Shown here piece after piece: positions 13,290-26,627 of a stretch of 64,000 nucleotides of DNA (positions are counted from its first letter, which is position 1; every line of letters starts with the position of its first letter). Under the pieces are notes generated by a model, which searched no databases, was not told the DNA's origin, and worked only from the letters and a program-made list of their open reading frames with translations. Position numbers and translations under genes: made by a program. The DNA comes from Octopus bimaculoides (Eukaryota), in assembly GCF_001194135.2 (NCBI RefSeq), contig NC_068986.1, forward strand, positions 27,156,590-27,220,589. The letters are read 5' to 3'.

Positions 13290-14108
13290 TCAAAGTTGAT
13301 GATTTACTACATCACTATTCCGAGTATTCCCCACTGTGTACTCCTTGGCTGAAGGAGTAATCTTTTACTGTATATGATATATTGAATACTTTATTTTCTT
13401 CTGCTTATATGCATGTGTGTGCAAATGCACACACCTGTATATACATATACACATGCATAGTTATGTTTGTGTGTATAAAACATATGAACAGCAGCAAAGA
13501 TTGGTGGAGGGTTTTTTCTGTATTCCTTTGTGTACCAGATGGCAAAGAACCATGACAAGTGGTGAGATGCAGATGCAGTGACTCTCACACAATCCGTGCT
13601 AGCCATGGATAAGCAAGTGTAAAATGATGATGATGAAAATAATAATGATATATGAATCACACACAAATACAAGCATACAATATAAAGTGTTTGGGGAGGA
13701 AAAAAAAAAATGACAGAAACCATCACATTTTCACAACTGTAATGCGATTGAAATTTTAGTGCAGTTAATTAGATAAAATATTTATGTATCGTTGTTGGCT
13801 GAACTTTTTGTTTTGGTTTCATGTTTATTTTATTTGCATATATTTATTATATATATATATATATATATATATNNNNNNNNNNNNNNNNNNNNNTGTTATT
13901 GTTGTTGATGTTAAAACTTGGTTCTTGACTTAAGTAGGAATTACAGTAGCAAAGGAAAGAAAAACAAGAGCAAAATAATAATAATAATAATAATAATAGT
14001 AATAATAATAAAATCTATCAATCTTCAATTGTTTGCTCATGTCCATTTTCCCATATTGATTTTGTACTGCTTTATGAGCTGGAACTATTGATAGTTGTGT
14101 GCTGATGC

Positions 14109-14146
<38 letters not shown>

Positions 14147-14255
14147 GTAGTAGTAGTATCATGGAGAAGTGGTAACAGGAAAACAGTACAGAATAGAGAA
14201 TTAGCAAAGGGGGAGGGAGGTACAAAAGGACATAATGAAATAAATAAAAAGAAAT

Positions 14256-14293
<38 letters not shown>

Positions 14294-15898
14294 GAGAATA
14301 GGAAATAATAATAAAAGTTTCTTTTTTTTTTAAATGCCTAGAAAAAAAAAGCAAATATAAATAAAGAAATAAAGCAACATTAATAATCCATTGATTTGAC
14401 TTGGTTGTTACAGCTTGCTGACATTATCTACTTTTTGTATTGCAATCTTATAGCAGGGTAATTATGGTGTTTTATTTATTTATTAATTATTGTTTTTTTT
14501 TTCCCATTATTATTATTATCATACAGTATTTGTTGGTGATAGATTACAATCAGAGAAGATTGCATATGTCACAGGATAGCCTCAATTGTGAAGGCTACTT
14601 CAACTTTTTTATATTGATGTTGTTTATAGTTTATCTAATTTTTTTTCTTCCCAATACATTTACTCAGAACAACAACAACAACAACAAACCCTCCCCCTGC
14701 ACCCTCCAGAACATAATGCCATAAAATTCGATCATATTTTATCTTTCCTGTTTTTTTTTGTGTTTTTTTTTCATATTTAATTTAAAAAAATATTTTTTTC
14801 TTCATCTAAGAATAGGCTATTTGATAGAGAATCCCCTTGACTCTTCCAAAACAAAAAAAATAAATAAATAAAAAATAAAAGAAAAAGACAAAACCCCAAA
14901 AGACCATTTAATTATTTTTATTTATTTATTTATTTATTTATTTATTTTTTAAAATATTGCTCCTCAGAATGGCACTCTATATAAGATTTACAGGAATTTT
15001 CATAGCCTTTAAATCTTTTGAATTATTTAAATTTTGCTAGTGGCGTTGGAAGAGAGTGTAATGTATCTTATATTTACTGAGAGCCACAGCTGGAATTGCT
15101 ACTGTTATTGCAGACCAATCAATTGGCAGGCATCGCTCTGACATTGATTGAAGAAAATACAGCAGACAATCAAGTCTGTTCTTACAACCGTCATTATTTA
15201 AACAAGGACCACTTGTTAAATATATTCAGGAAAGCTGGTGCCGGTCTTCATGGAAAAAGATTCCTCGCCTTGTATTATAATTATCTTCTCATCTGCTGAA
15301 GCTAATTGTAATAATTACTATCTTTTAGTCTTGTATTACACTAGTGGAGATCAGGAGAAACTATGTGGCAGACTACATTTTAAATGGCTCTATATCATAA
15401 CTCACTCACATGCGTGTGTCTATATATTTATATATTGTGTGTGTGCTTGTACATGTATGTGTATGTAATGTACTTTGAGGACAGAAACCAGTATTCTGTA
15501 TGTTATAATTAGTGTAAACATGAGCACCATTTTCTAAGATTACTCTCATGTGTAAGTGACCAAATGTTATGTTTATAAATAGAGCAGGAAATTCAAAATA
15601 AGTTGAAATAGTTTAGTAGTAAATTAATTACAAACCTTGAATAATTCCTCTTGATTATATGTGATTATTTGCTACACATTATATACATTAACAGTAGTTG
15701 TAATATCTAAAAAAGTTTAATTAATTTTTTTCATCTTCATCATTATTGTGAAAGTGTGTTCCACTGGCAGTTAAGTAAGAAACCATCTCCAAGAAGTTGA
15801 GGCATTTTTTATATATAAGCCATGGATATTTTTTTAAACCTGTATTTTCATACATTATTTACATTTGATGGATATTTGTCCTCATTTTGTTTGTTGTT

Positions 15899-15944
15899 AA
15901 CACAACATTTCAGCTGATATACCCTCCAGCCTTCATCAGGTGTC
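15899..15944 (-). ncRNA. Minimal type I hammerhead ribozyme motif (Penelope-like), left arm
   Basis: Minus strand reads GACAC-CUGAUGA-A-GGCUG-gagggtatat-CAGCU-GAAA-UG-UU^GUGUU. Core CUGAUGA and GAAA intact, stem II with a G-U pair, stem I GACAC/GUGUU. The stem III dinucleotide is UG rather than the CG of the other arm. Confidence 0.6.
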
Positions 15945-16153
15945 TTTGGGAGATATTGAACCTGGGTTCTCATTTCTGAGGTATTTTTCGATGTTGTTGT
16001 TGTTATTCAGGTCACTGCCTGAAGTCGAACTCTACTAACCCCAAGATTCTGAGTTCGATTCCAGGCAGTGACCTGAATAATAATAATAATAATAACAACA
16101 TCAACATCAAAAAATACCTTAGGAATGAGAACTCAGGTTCAAAATTTCCCAAA

Positions 16154-16199
16154 GACACCTGATGAAGGCTGGAAGGTATATCAGCCAAAACGTTGTGTT
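16154..16199 (+). ncRNA. Minimal type I hammerhead ribozyme motif, right arm (G12 mutated to A, probably inactive)
   Basis: GACAC-CTGATGA-A-GGCTG-gaaggtatat-CAGCC-AAAA-CG-TT^GTGTT. Perfect 5-bp stem II. GAAA is AAAA at 16187, consistent with CpG decay. Confidence 0.55.
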
Positions 16200-16657
16200 A
16201 ACAACAAACAAGATGAGGACAAATATCTGTCAAATGTAAATAATGCAAATAATGTACATAATTTCTCATCTCTTAAATATAGAACTGTATTTTCACGATC
16301 TCATGGATCGGATAGGGTTTCCTTGATTGAGAGGAATATACACATAGTTCTACTGTGTGGCATCTTGTGCAAATGTAATTTCTTTTAGCCTTGAGTCAAC
16401 CCATATTTTGTGAGAAAAATTGGGTGGGCGGAAACTATATAGAAGCCCATCAGGTAAATTGCACCTGTAATTCAAAAGAGGTACAGCTTTAAGCAATCCA
16501 ACGATATGCAGCTTGTTCATTGAACAATGAGGTGTAATTCACAAATCCATCTTTCCAGTTATACTTATGTTTCCATCTAGATAAGGACCATATTGCAGTA
16601 TAGTCCTTATGATTGTCTGGGCTGAGTGAAAAAGTTGTCATTTTTAAGAGATTGTTT

Positions 16658-16825
16658 AGGTGCAAATGTGGTTGTGTGGTTAAGAAACTAGCTTCCTGGC
16701 TGTGTGGTCTTTGGTTCAGTTTCATTGCATGGCACCTTGGGTGCCTTCTACTATAATAGCTCTATGTCAACCAAAGCCTTGTGAGTGTATATGGTAGACG
16801 GAAAATAAAAGAAGCCCATCATATC
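16658..16825 (+). mobile_element. SINE family A, 5' part
   Basis: GTGGTTGTGTGGTTAAGAAA...GGTTCAGT...GGCACCTTGG...CCAAAGCCTTGTGAG...GAAGCCCATC. Confidence 0.75.
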
Positions 16826-16853
16826 TATGTCTTTCTGTCTGTACTCTTCTCAG

Positions 16854-17030
16854 GAGTTGAAATCCTGTGAAGATCAATTTTGCCTTTCACTCTTTTGGAG
16901 TTGTTAAATTAAAGTACCAGCCAAGTTCCGAGGTTGATGATATCAACTAAACCCCACCCTTCATAACTGTTGGCCTTGTACCTAATTCCAAAACAATCAT
17001 CATCATTATCATCATGATCGTCATTGTTAT
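16854..17030 (+). mobile_element. Family B SINE fragment
   Basis: TTTTGCCTTTCACTCTTTTGGAGTTG...AAATTAAAGTACCAG...GGCCTTGTACCTA. Confidence 0.65.
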
Positions 17031-17514
17031 TTAGCATGAAAAGATGTGTCATTAGATTTGCTGCCAGTAATTCGAGTTATAACCAAGATTTATTGAAAAT
17101 TTTTCTTTTATCAATTATTTTGCCATTGGAAGACTTTGAACCATTTCTTTTAGTATTTAACCCATTTACCTTTGGGTGAGAAAATAAAAAGGGTTTGTCC
17201 TTGGATATTTTCAATTATAATTTGTAAGCATTTGTTGACTTGTGTTTCAAGATGGCTGCTTCCTGTGGAGTAGTGAGTAAGAGATGATAACCGTTTTAAC
17301 CACAAAGGCACCTCGAATAATTTTGAGAAAATTTTTTGAAAATTGCATAAAACCAAAGTTTAAAGAAGAAGAAAACCCCAAACAGAATCAAAAGTGATGA
17401 CACTTAAATCAACACATACAATTACGATCGCATACATTGATATTTTCTTTTAAAATAGCATACAATAGAATAGCAATTCCTCAAACAAATGCATTTGTAA
17501 CACAAACAAAGGTT

Positions 17515-17640
17515 CAAGCATGGTTGTGTGGTTAAGAAGTTTGCTTCCCAACATGTTAGGGGAAGTGTCTTCTACTATTGCTGTGGGTCAACGAAAGCCT
17601 TGTGAGCAGATTTGGTAGACAAAAGCTGAAAAGCATATGT
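17515..17640 (+). mobile_element. SINE family A, 5' part with internal deletion
   Basis: TGGTTGTGTGGTTAAGAAGTTTGCTTCCCAAC...AAGTGTCTTCTACTAT...AAAGCCTTGTGAG. Confidence 0.7.
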
Positions 17641-18798
17641 GTGTTTGTGAGTTTGTATTTCCCCTCATCTTCATGTGAATTTGCTGATTGTAGACAAAGG
17701 ACTCACTGTTCATACGTACAGGGTATTTTGCTTGCAGTCCACCATGAAAGCACATTCAAGCTTCTTGACATGTCTTAACATATTGCTTGGCCTTTGTAAA
17801 CAAAAGGCTGATTTATACAGTGTCTTTTGGTTCCAGTTCTCCACATAACCATATATTCAGGCTGTTTGTTGTTTGATACATGGAAACAGATGGAGGTTGG
17901 AGTCTGGAAGGGCATCCAGCCACAAAGTACTTTGCTCCCAATGTACTGCCATCAGATCCATGCAAACATGGAAAAGTAGATGTTAAAACAATGATGATAC
18001 TGATGAAACAATGCACACAAATAACAACAAAAATTTAAAAACCAGAGGTTGTAACAACAGCAGTATTGCTAGTGTTACCAGTCATTTAATAAGTTAACTC
18101 TCTGAAAACAAGCAGTACATGGGAGAGATATGTGACAAAAAGATTCTGCTTTGTTGCTTGACCACCTTATCGAAGGAAGTGACACAACCTTACCTCTTGA
18201 AAAAACATGGTGTTTTTGTTATGCCTCCAAAAAGAAAAGCCTACTTAAATGGAAAACAAATAGAATGTGCAAGGGAGAGGGTTCTATCAAAGATATGAAT
18301 TTCATTGTTGTGTAAATCATCATTGTTTTTCTGATGGAACTGATGGCAGGCATTGAGCAATGATGAGGTGGACAAAAGGTTAGGTAATCTAGAAAGACAC
18401 TCAAATACTAGAATGTTGGTAAAAAACACACTAAGAAACTATTATAACTTGAAAATTGTCAACCCAGAATACACAAGATGTTACTCACTGCCTCCAATGC
18501 AGAAAATGCAAGTGTCTTGGATGTACCAGGTTCCAGAGAGTTGTGGATTGCTCTGAAACAAACTCACTGATGGTTTATCACTTATATCTGGTTGGTTTAT
18601 AGATCTGTTTTGTAATTATATATTTTGTGTAATTACTGTGTAATGTCAAAATCTTAATAAGTCTTAATATATTGTATGTCTTTGTCCCCACTATCATTTT
18701 TATATATAACTTGGTTTTGTTTATTCTCATATATTTTTTACACCTTGGTATGCATTTTGTTATATGTATGAATAAGTCCTTTTGGTAGGAACAAAGAA

Positions 18799-18913
<115 letters not shown>

Positions 18914-20014
18914 ACAGTTTACAATTAAATGTCATATTTAAGTGTCATGTATGTTATATGTAAACTGTTCTGATTTAAATTAACTTTCAACATTTGAATG
19001 TTTCAACAATAAGGTTCTATCCACTTTTACATATGGTGTTGAAGTAGGATGCTAAGAGTTTTATTGTTATCTTTACTCCTGCTGCCATATCCTGATGCAC
19101 GTATCCACCTCTGTATACCTAGGCTTTCCTCCTTGTCATTTGAATTGGAACTCCTCCTCTTTTAGTAATGTGTTATTGGATGCGTCATCCATCTTTTGCT
19201 TTCCGCTCTTTTTGTAATTAGGACCATAAAAACAAATTCATTTTGGATCCGATATTATGTCTTTTCTTTTCACCTGTCAGTGTTTCTGTATGCCAGTATT
19301 TTGATAATTGTTTGGTGTATTGTGTACAAAGAGTGAAGCATATTCACCTCTATGGCATTTCACATACTTGATTATCATTTCTGAGTTGTAGCCAATCTTG
19401 CTCTGAGCTGACTAGCCAAGAGTCTGTCAGTGAAATTTCTTGCTGTTCATTGTTTTTCAAGAGCCACATTATTCATTCTGCTTATTTTGATTGAGTCAAT
19501 TATCATAGACACAGCATCTTAAACTGGCATATCAACAGTGAGAATTCAATATTAATAGAATACTGTATCAAATTAATGATATTAGTCATTTTATATGTAG
19601 TTAGAAGTCTGCCATTTGAACACAGCTAATGCCTGCTAGCTCTCATTTTTTTTTTTTTAATTCTTATTTTTCTTTTTCTATGATAATAATTGGAGTTTTC
19701 ATTTGTGAAAAAAAAAAAGTTTTCACAACTCATATTTTGTAACACTTCATTCTGCACTCTTTATGCATTTTCACTTGATACTGTTTATTGAACCATTTTT
19801 CTACCAAAGTATTGAAATATTTATTCATTACTTGTTTACAATTAGAGATAAAAATCTTCATAATTTCTTGTGTGTTGTCATGGTTAGTATCAAATTTGAA
19901 TTAGTATTTCAAGATAGTGGCTGATTGCCTTGCATCGCATCTTTGATACTCCAGGTTTATTACATTGTCTTTTCTCATAATTTATATGTGCAGGCATTAC
20001 TGTGTTTATATGGA

Positions 20015-20165
20015 GGTTGCTAGGTAACCATACAAGCTCCAGTTCTATCTTCCCCTGGCACTTTGATCAAGTGTTTTCTACTGTTGCTTTGGGTTGATCA
20101 ATGTCTTGTGAGTGGAATTGGTTGATGACAGCAGCACTATAGAAGCTCATTGTGTGTATGGGCAT
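20015..20165 (+). mobile_element. SINE family A, old diverged 5' part
   Basis: GGCACTTTGATCAAGTGTTTTCTACTGTT...GTCTTGTGAGTGGAATTGG. Confidence 0.55.
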
Positions 20166-20738
20166 GCATATGTGTGTTTGTATGAATGTTTACATTCTGT
20201 CTCTTTTCATGTAAGTGCTGATATTCAGTGATGTTTTGCTGATATTCATTGTCAACAAATCGTCAGCATTTCCTTTTACTAGAAAAATGGATAATATATA
20301 TACTCATCTAACTCATACTCACATGGAAAAGTGGATGTAAAATGAAGAAACGAATGAATGAATCTACCATTTCCTGCAAATGAACAGTAGGTTGAAGTCC
20401 AATTATTAATCGGGTTTTTTCCTTTGTTTACCACACTTAAGATACATTTTACAAATAGTACCAGATGTGTCAGTTACAAATAACTTTTAGATTTACTTCT
20501 GGAGATCTTTCTAGAGAGAGAATCTACAGATGATTAACCTTAATTTTTTTTTTTGTTGCTTAAAAATATTGGTTCAGTAACTTATATATCTAAAAGCTAT
20601 GAACAATATGTCTTCTTAAGATAGTTGATAATTTAATTTCTTCATACTAGAACTTTCAGCTCAACTATTGTACTGTTGCTTCTAATACAGGACAAGAAAT
20701 GGCCAAAATTATCACTTTTGTACTTGTGAAAGCCCCTT

Positions 20739-20794
<56 letters not shown>

Positions 20795-21111
20795 TAGATG
20801 TAAAAGATAAAGGTTTTGTTGAAGTAGACTGATTGATTTCTACTAAAAAGAAAAAAAGTAGTCTTTTATTTCCATATGAAAGAAGGGCAATTTGACTAGC
20901 AGGCTAACAGTTCATTGAAGCAGTTTTCTGACAAGATTGAGAGCCACTAGTGGTGAAAACATGAATACTTTATACATAAGCTCAAAAATTAGGGAACACT
21001 TCTGAATGCAGATGCAATACTATGAAACACTGCACTGTATTTGAGAACAAAGGAGAGAAATAGCCTCCAATATTGAGAGAAAATAAATTTAATGAATATC
21101 AAATGAAAATA

Positions 21112-21341
21112 TTAATCCTTTTGATATCAACCTGCTCAAGACCATCCCTGATTGTATAGTATAAAATTACTGTTTTAAGGTGATCAAAAATTAAAACCTT
21201 TCATCCAAATTTCTTGTTAATTTATGTTCCAAACAACAGCTTAATTACTGCTATGTCATTAAATTTTTAATTATTTTCAAAATTAACCAAAACAAAAAGT
21301 AGTAAACTATTTCAAGAGAAATATGGTAATGAAAGGGTTAC
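21112..21341. mobile_element. piggyBac-like MITE remnant
   Basis: Left end TTAA-TCCTTTTGATATC, right end GGTAATGAAAGGG-TTAC (degenerate CCCTTTC...TIR with TTAA-like flanks). Confidence 0.45.
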
Positions 21342-21469
21342 AGTATTTGGTAGTTTTGATAGCTGACATATTGACAAATCTTGCCACAGTGTTGTTAGGT
21401 ATTCAATAGTTAGGTTGATCTGGTTGTTAATATTTGATTAGAAGGCAATGAGGTGACAGAATTGTTTGC

Positions 21470-22145
21470 AATGTGGTGAGCTGGCAGAAACGTTAGCACA
21501 CCAGGGCGGCGAGTTGGCAGAAACGATAGGACGCCGGGCGAAGTGCTTAGTGGTATTTCATCTGCCGTTACATTCTGAGTTTAAATTCTGCTGGGGTCGA
21601 CTTTGCCTTTCATCCTTTCGGGGTCGATAAATTAAGTACCAGTTATCCACTGGGTTTGATGTAATCGACTTAATCCCTTTGTCTGTCCTTGTTTGTCCCC
21701 TCTATGTTTAGCACCCTGTGGGCAGTAAAGAAATAAGAAACGTTAGCACACCAGGCGAAATGCTTAGCAGTATTTTGTCTGAATTTACATTCTGAGTTCA
21801 AATTCCGCCGAGGTCAACTTTGCCTTTCAACCATTTGGGGTCAATAAATTAAGTACCAGTTGCATTCTGGGGTCAATCTAATCAACTGGCCCCCTCTCCC
21901 AAAATTTCAGGCCTTGTGCCTCGAGTATAAAAAAAATTGTTTGCACCCTGGGCAAAATGCTTACCTGAATTTCACCTGTCTCTATATACTGAGTTCAAGT
22001 TTAAATTCTGCCAAGGTTGATTTTGTCTTTCATTCTTTCAGGCTTGATGGAAAAAAAAAAAAATCTATTGAGCATTAAGGTTGATGTAATCAACCAGCTC
22101 CCTCCTCAAAAATGTTGGGTCTTGTGCCTAAAGTAGAAAGGATTA
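21470..22145 (+). mobile_element. Cluster of three family B SINEs (Nin-domain-like), one nested inside another
   Basis: Repeated GAGTTCAAATTC, GTCGACTTTGCCTTTCATCCTTTCGGGGTCGATAAATTAAGTACCAG, resembling the Nin conserved SINE domain. The young copy at ~21506-21735 is flanked by a 20-bp duplication. Confidence 0.8.
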
Positions 22146-22385
22146 ATATTTGATTAGATAGATGAATGTTGAATAGAGGAGTTTTCATTATTTTATCAAA
22201 AATTNNNNNNNNNNNNNNNNNNNNNNNNNNNNNNNNNNNNNNNNNNNNNNNNNNNNNNNNNNNNNNNNNNNNNNNNNNNNNNNNNNNNNNNNNNNNNNNN
22301 NNNNNNNNNNNNNNNNNNNNNNNNNNNNNNNNNNNNNNNNNNNNNNNNNNNNNNNNNNNNNNNNNNNNNNNNNNNNNNNNNNNNN

Positions 22386-22495
22386 CTTGTTTTCCTGGTC
22401 CTTTTTGCTGAACTGTTAAGTTACAGAGTGTAGACAAACCAACACTGGTTGTCAAACAATCGGGGGGTGGGGTGGAGGACAGACACAAAGACATA

Positions 22496-22549
<54 letters not shown>

Positions 22550-22770
22550 TGCACGTGTGTGTGTGTGTGTGCATGCACGTGTGTACACACACACACACAC
22601 AGACATGGTAGGCTTCCATACAGTTTCCATCTGCCATATTTACTCTCAAAGCATTAGTCATCCCTAGGGCCATAGTAGAAGAACTTGCCCAAGGTGCAGT
22701 GCAGTAGGACAACAAGAAACCACATAGCTGCAAAGTAAGCTTCTTAACCACACAGCCATGCTTGCACCTA
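22386..22770 (-). mobile_element. SINE family A copy (gap at its 3' side)
   Basis: Shares head TGGCTGTGTGGTTAAGAAGC, CTTGGGCAAGT and the ACCAGTGTTGGTTTG body with 27445-27884. Confidence 0.75.
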
Positions 22771-23562
22771 TATTAAAAAATTTTCCAGTCATCATGCTTT
22801 TTCACTAATTATTAAATCTTTGACACATCATGTTAAAATATTAATTACGTTAAATTCTCAGAGCTATGCTACCTTTTAATTCCTTCCTAGTGGGCCTACC
22901 TCAGAAACCAGCATGGCGTTAGAAAAAGAAAAAAAAACAAAAAACAAAGAAAAGAAATTAAGCATGTGCCTTAGTCAGCAGTTTGCTTTTGAACTTCTGA
23001 AATCTTTATTAGATTAAATTGGTTATGCCTTATTGCAATTTCCTAATGTGTTGTGAAAATATCTCCTAAGTGACTGGCTTTTGTTGCAGGCTTACTACCA
23101 TTTACATACCAAGTTGATCTTGGGTGTTTGTTTAGACCTACATATCTTGCAATCTTGACTCAATTAAATCATATAAACCATATTAGTGACATTTTTTTGT
23201 TCTACCGCTGAGTTTACAATGTTTGGTAATGGTTTGGTTTCTAGCATTATTTCAGCAGCTAATTGTCTATAACTACTGCTTTAATTGACTTGCTTGCAGT
23301 CAAAGTTGTTAACGCCATCCAGTATGTGATATCTTAGCATCTTGGGTGCGTGCCAAAGTTGTTGTTGTTGTTGTTATTATTATTCTTTCTCATCAAGATA
23401 TATGTATTTTTGTTGAATGTAAATGCTTGTCTAGCATTTGGATTTATTGTAACCAGATGTGTATATCAAAATACCATAAATGCAAACAAATTGTTTTTCC
23501 TTCTAGTTGACTCTTGCATAATGTAATTGGGGAAGATAGAGATGCTCATAATATGTATATAA

Positions 23563-23609
<47 letters not shown>

Positions 23610-24643
23610 TGTGTGTGTGTGTAAACATAATACATATTCTGGCACACATGTATTTATACACATGCACACACACACATGTACACATATGTGCTGATACATG
23701 CATTTATATGTATACACATATATATGCACATATATTATATATACATATGTGTGTATGTAAAAGCAAAGTAAACACTATAAGTTAATACTCTTCATTTCTC
23801 CTTCTCCTGTAAACAATGAAATATTCAAAAGCATCTGAAAGCCATTACATTAAAATATGAATGTATGTATATCTTTGTTCATGTTAGACTCACACATATA
23901 TAGAAATTAATGTGTAATGTTGCACTGGCTTAGGGGACTTATTTACTTATTTGTTACCATATAAGTATACTAGCATGAATAATTTTACCACCTTCAAGTC
24001 ACCATTGGAGAACAGCTCATTGGCAACATAAGACTTACGCTGAGAACTGATTTATTTTGTTATTTGCAATTAACTCTGCAGCTAACAAACTACACAAATG
24101 GGATCTCTTAATTCATAGATGTTGAATGTGCTTATAAATTCTGCAGTATTTACATTCCAACAACAGGAGGGCCAAATATCAATCAAAATAAACAAGACCA
24201 ACTATGAAAAATAAACTGTTAATTTCTAATATAATCCTGTAACTAGTCAACATAGCCATTTTGATGCCTATTATTTAGTTTTAAAGCGAATGTCAGATTC
24301 ACAAACTATTTAACAGTAATTTAATGGCTGACTATTTAAAATGTATCAGGACACTTAAAAGAACACTGATGACAAGTTTTACTGGGAGAAAAAAAAAAAA
24401 AATTCTAACAACTTGAAACTGCTAATTATAAATTTACCACAAATCCACAAGCTGTGCTATAAGAATAGAAAGCGGTATCTAAGTTGACAACATCTGTAGT
24501 CATTTGTATGTAAAATCCGGAACATAAACAGTATATGCCATCGTATGATTGCTGTGCAAACATCATTTTGTGAGATGTATACAGTAAGGTGACATTTTCT
24601 TTTCAAGTCATTTGAAACCTGCAAGTTTCAGTATGTATATATG

Positions 24644-24697
<54 letters not shown>

Positions 24698-25983
24698 AAG
24701 TATACATAATCTGCAGTACTGATCTGATTTATCCAAGATGGTCATGGAACAAAAGTACTAGTGACAGACATGTGGTCAATAAGGTGGGCCTTTGTTTAAG
24801 ACTTCAGCCTCTTGCAGTGTAATAAGAGAGACTTAGAAACTGGTGTTTCTGATTAAGCTATGGCATTTGGCATTTTGATGTCGATATATGGATATTCCAA
24901 TTATATATGATTTCTTGTATCATCATATCAAATTTTCTGTCTGTTTCCTTTGGGCCCTTTTTTTTTTTTCATTTTATTTTATTTTATTCATTGTGTCTTA
25001 AAATATTTCTTTATCACCACAAGAAACACAAAAAAACAAATGCTGAAAGAGAAATAGATAAATAAAATTGGAGTAGTATTGTATGGTGCTAGATATTTCC
25101 TACAGGCACTAATAACCTTAAAAAGAAGAACAAAAAAGAATAAAATAATGCTATTTTGGCAGTAAATATTAAAGATATCAATTTGCTAAATATTTTTTTT
25201 TCCCTCTCAGTTATGCAGGATTGAACAACTTTTGAATCTCAATTCATGAAAGTTAATTTCAGAATTACACAGCTTCTGTCAAGAGACTGCAGGAGTCAGA
25301 CTCTAGAAGAGAAGCAGAAGTGTCTACTGTTACTTATATGGTCACAGTAATTATTATTCAGCAGCATTTACTGACAGTCGGTGCTTTGGTATTGTTTTGC
25401 TCTGAGCAAATCAAATCTTTAGTAAAAGATGCTCGAGGATTAAATGTATCTAGGATTAAATTATCCAATACATTTTTTTTCTAACAAAAATGTACAAAAA
25501 AAAAACAAAAACGAAGAAAAATGGTAGGGTATAATTTGAGGGATATTTATTTCCTACTTTTAGCAATTCAGGTGAATACTTCAGCCTGGAGGGTGAAAAA
25601 CAGAGCATTTATATTGCACTGATGTCCTCAGAAAAAACTTCATGAACCAATATCTTCTCTTTCTGACCCCTTCTTCCAAATTTATCATCCATGTGAGAAT
25701 GAAAAAGAGACCAGAACTGGATGGTTCACAATATCTGCCTCAGTGACTCAGTGCTCTGGCTTCAAAGAATGGTGCAGGGTTAGCTTTGCTTTTCATTCTG
25801 CTGGGAATAATAAAACAAATACCAGTAATATATTGTGCGAGCTGCATTTATTTCTAGCACTCTCTGTTTTAAAATTGGTCTTTTTGCTGTGTGAAGAGAA
25901 ATCATCAGGTAATCAAACCAGGTCTCTCTCTCCTCCACTCCATATAAATGGAGGTGGATGTTAAACAATGATGATGATAGTGA

Positions 25984-26033
<50 letters not shown>

Positions 26034-26421
26034 NNNNNNNNNNNNNNNNNNNNNNNNNNNNNNNNNNNNNNNNNNNNNNNNNNNNNNNNNNNNNNNNNNN
26101 NNNNNNNNNNNNNNNNNNNNNNNNNNNNNNNNNNNNNNNNNNNNNNNNNNNNNNNNNNNNNNNNNNNNNNNNNNNNNNNNNNNNNNNNNNNNNNNNNNNN
26201 NNNNNNNNNNNNNNNNNNNNNNNNNNNNNNNNNNNNNNNNNNNNNNNCCAATAGAGTTTCTCTCATGGTATCTACCACGGTATATTGTGGTAGATACCGT
26301 GATAGAAACTCTCATATTGGCTTTTGGTCCTAACATTCATGTTTAAGTGGGCCTAAATGTTACCTTTCGGTATTAATATTGCCTCCGTCACTAATGTGTG
26401 TGTGTGTGTGTGTGTGTGTGC

Positions 26422-26612
26422 GTATCCATGTCGGTGACATGTAAAAGGTACCCATTACACTCTCAGAGTGGTTGGCATTAGGAAGGGCATCCAACTGTAG
26501 AAATAAAGCCAAAATCAGACTGGAACCTGGTGCAGTTCTCCAGCTTACCAGTTCCAGTCAAACTGTCTAACCCATACCAGCATGGAAAATGGGCGCTAAG
26601 TGATGATGATGA
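26422..26612 (+). mobile_element. Family C retroposon (RTE-like 3' end, (GAT)n tail)
   Basis: GAGTGGTTGGCATTAGGAAGGGCATCCAACTGTAGAAA...CCCATACCAGCATGGAAAATGGGCGCTAAG-(TGA)n. The same 3' module recurs many times in the window. Confidence 0.75.
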
Positions 26613-26627
26613 TATATTCACATATAT

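Larger units (their letters stand above)
15853..16245. mobile_element. Foldback (head-to-head inverted) element with tRNA-like centre remnant and hammerhead-bearing arms
   Basis: 15853-16032 is the reverse complement of 16051-16245 at roughly 90% identity, mostly transitions, apart from an (AAT/AAC)n length difference. The centre TACTAACCCCAAGATTCTGAGTTCGATTCC resembles a tRNA 3' half with a B-box. Confidence 0.85.

Noticed and set aside
16033-16065. tRNA-like sequence with B-box
   Set aside because: Only a 3' half inside a foldback repeat; no acceptor stem or D-arm, so not a tRNA gene.
25262-25490. Stop-free frame NYTASVKRLQESDSRREAEV… after TTAATTTCAG
   Set aside because: No recognisable homology, no strong donor, and the sequence drifts into low-complexity DNA.
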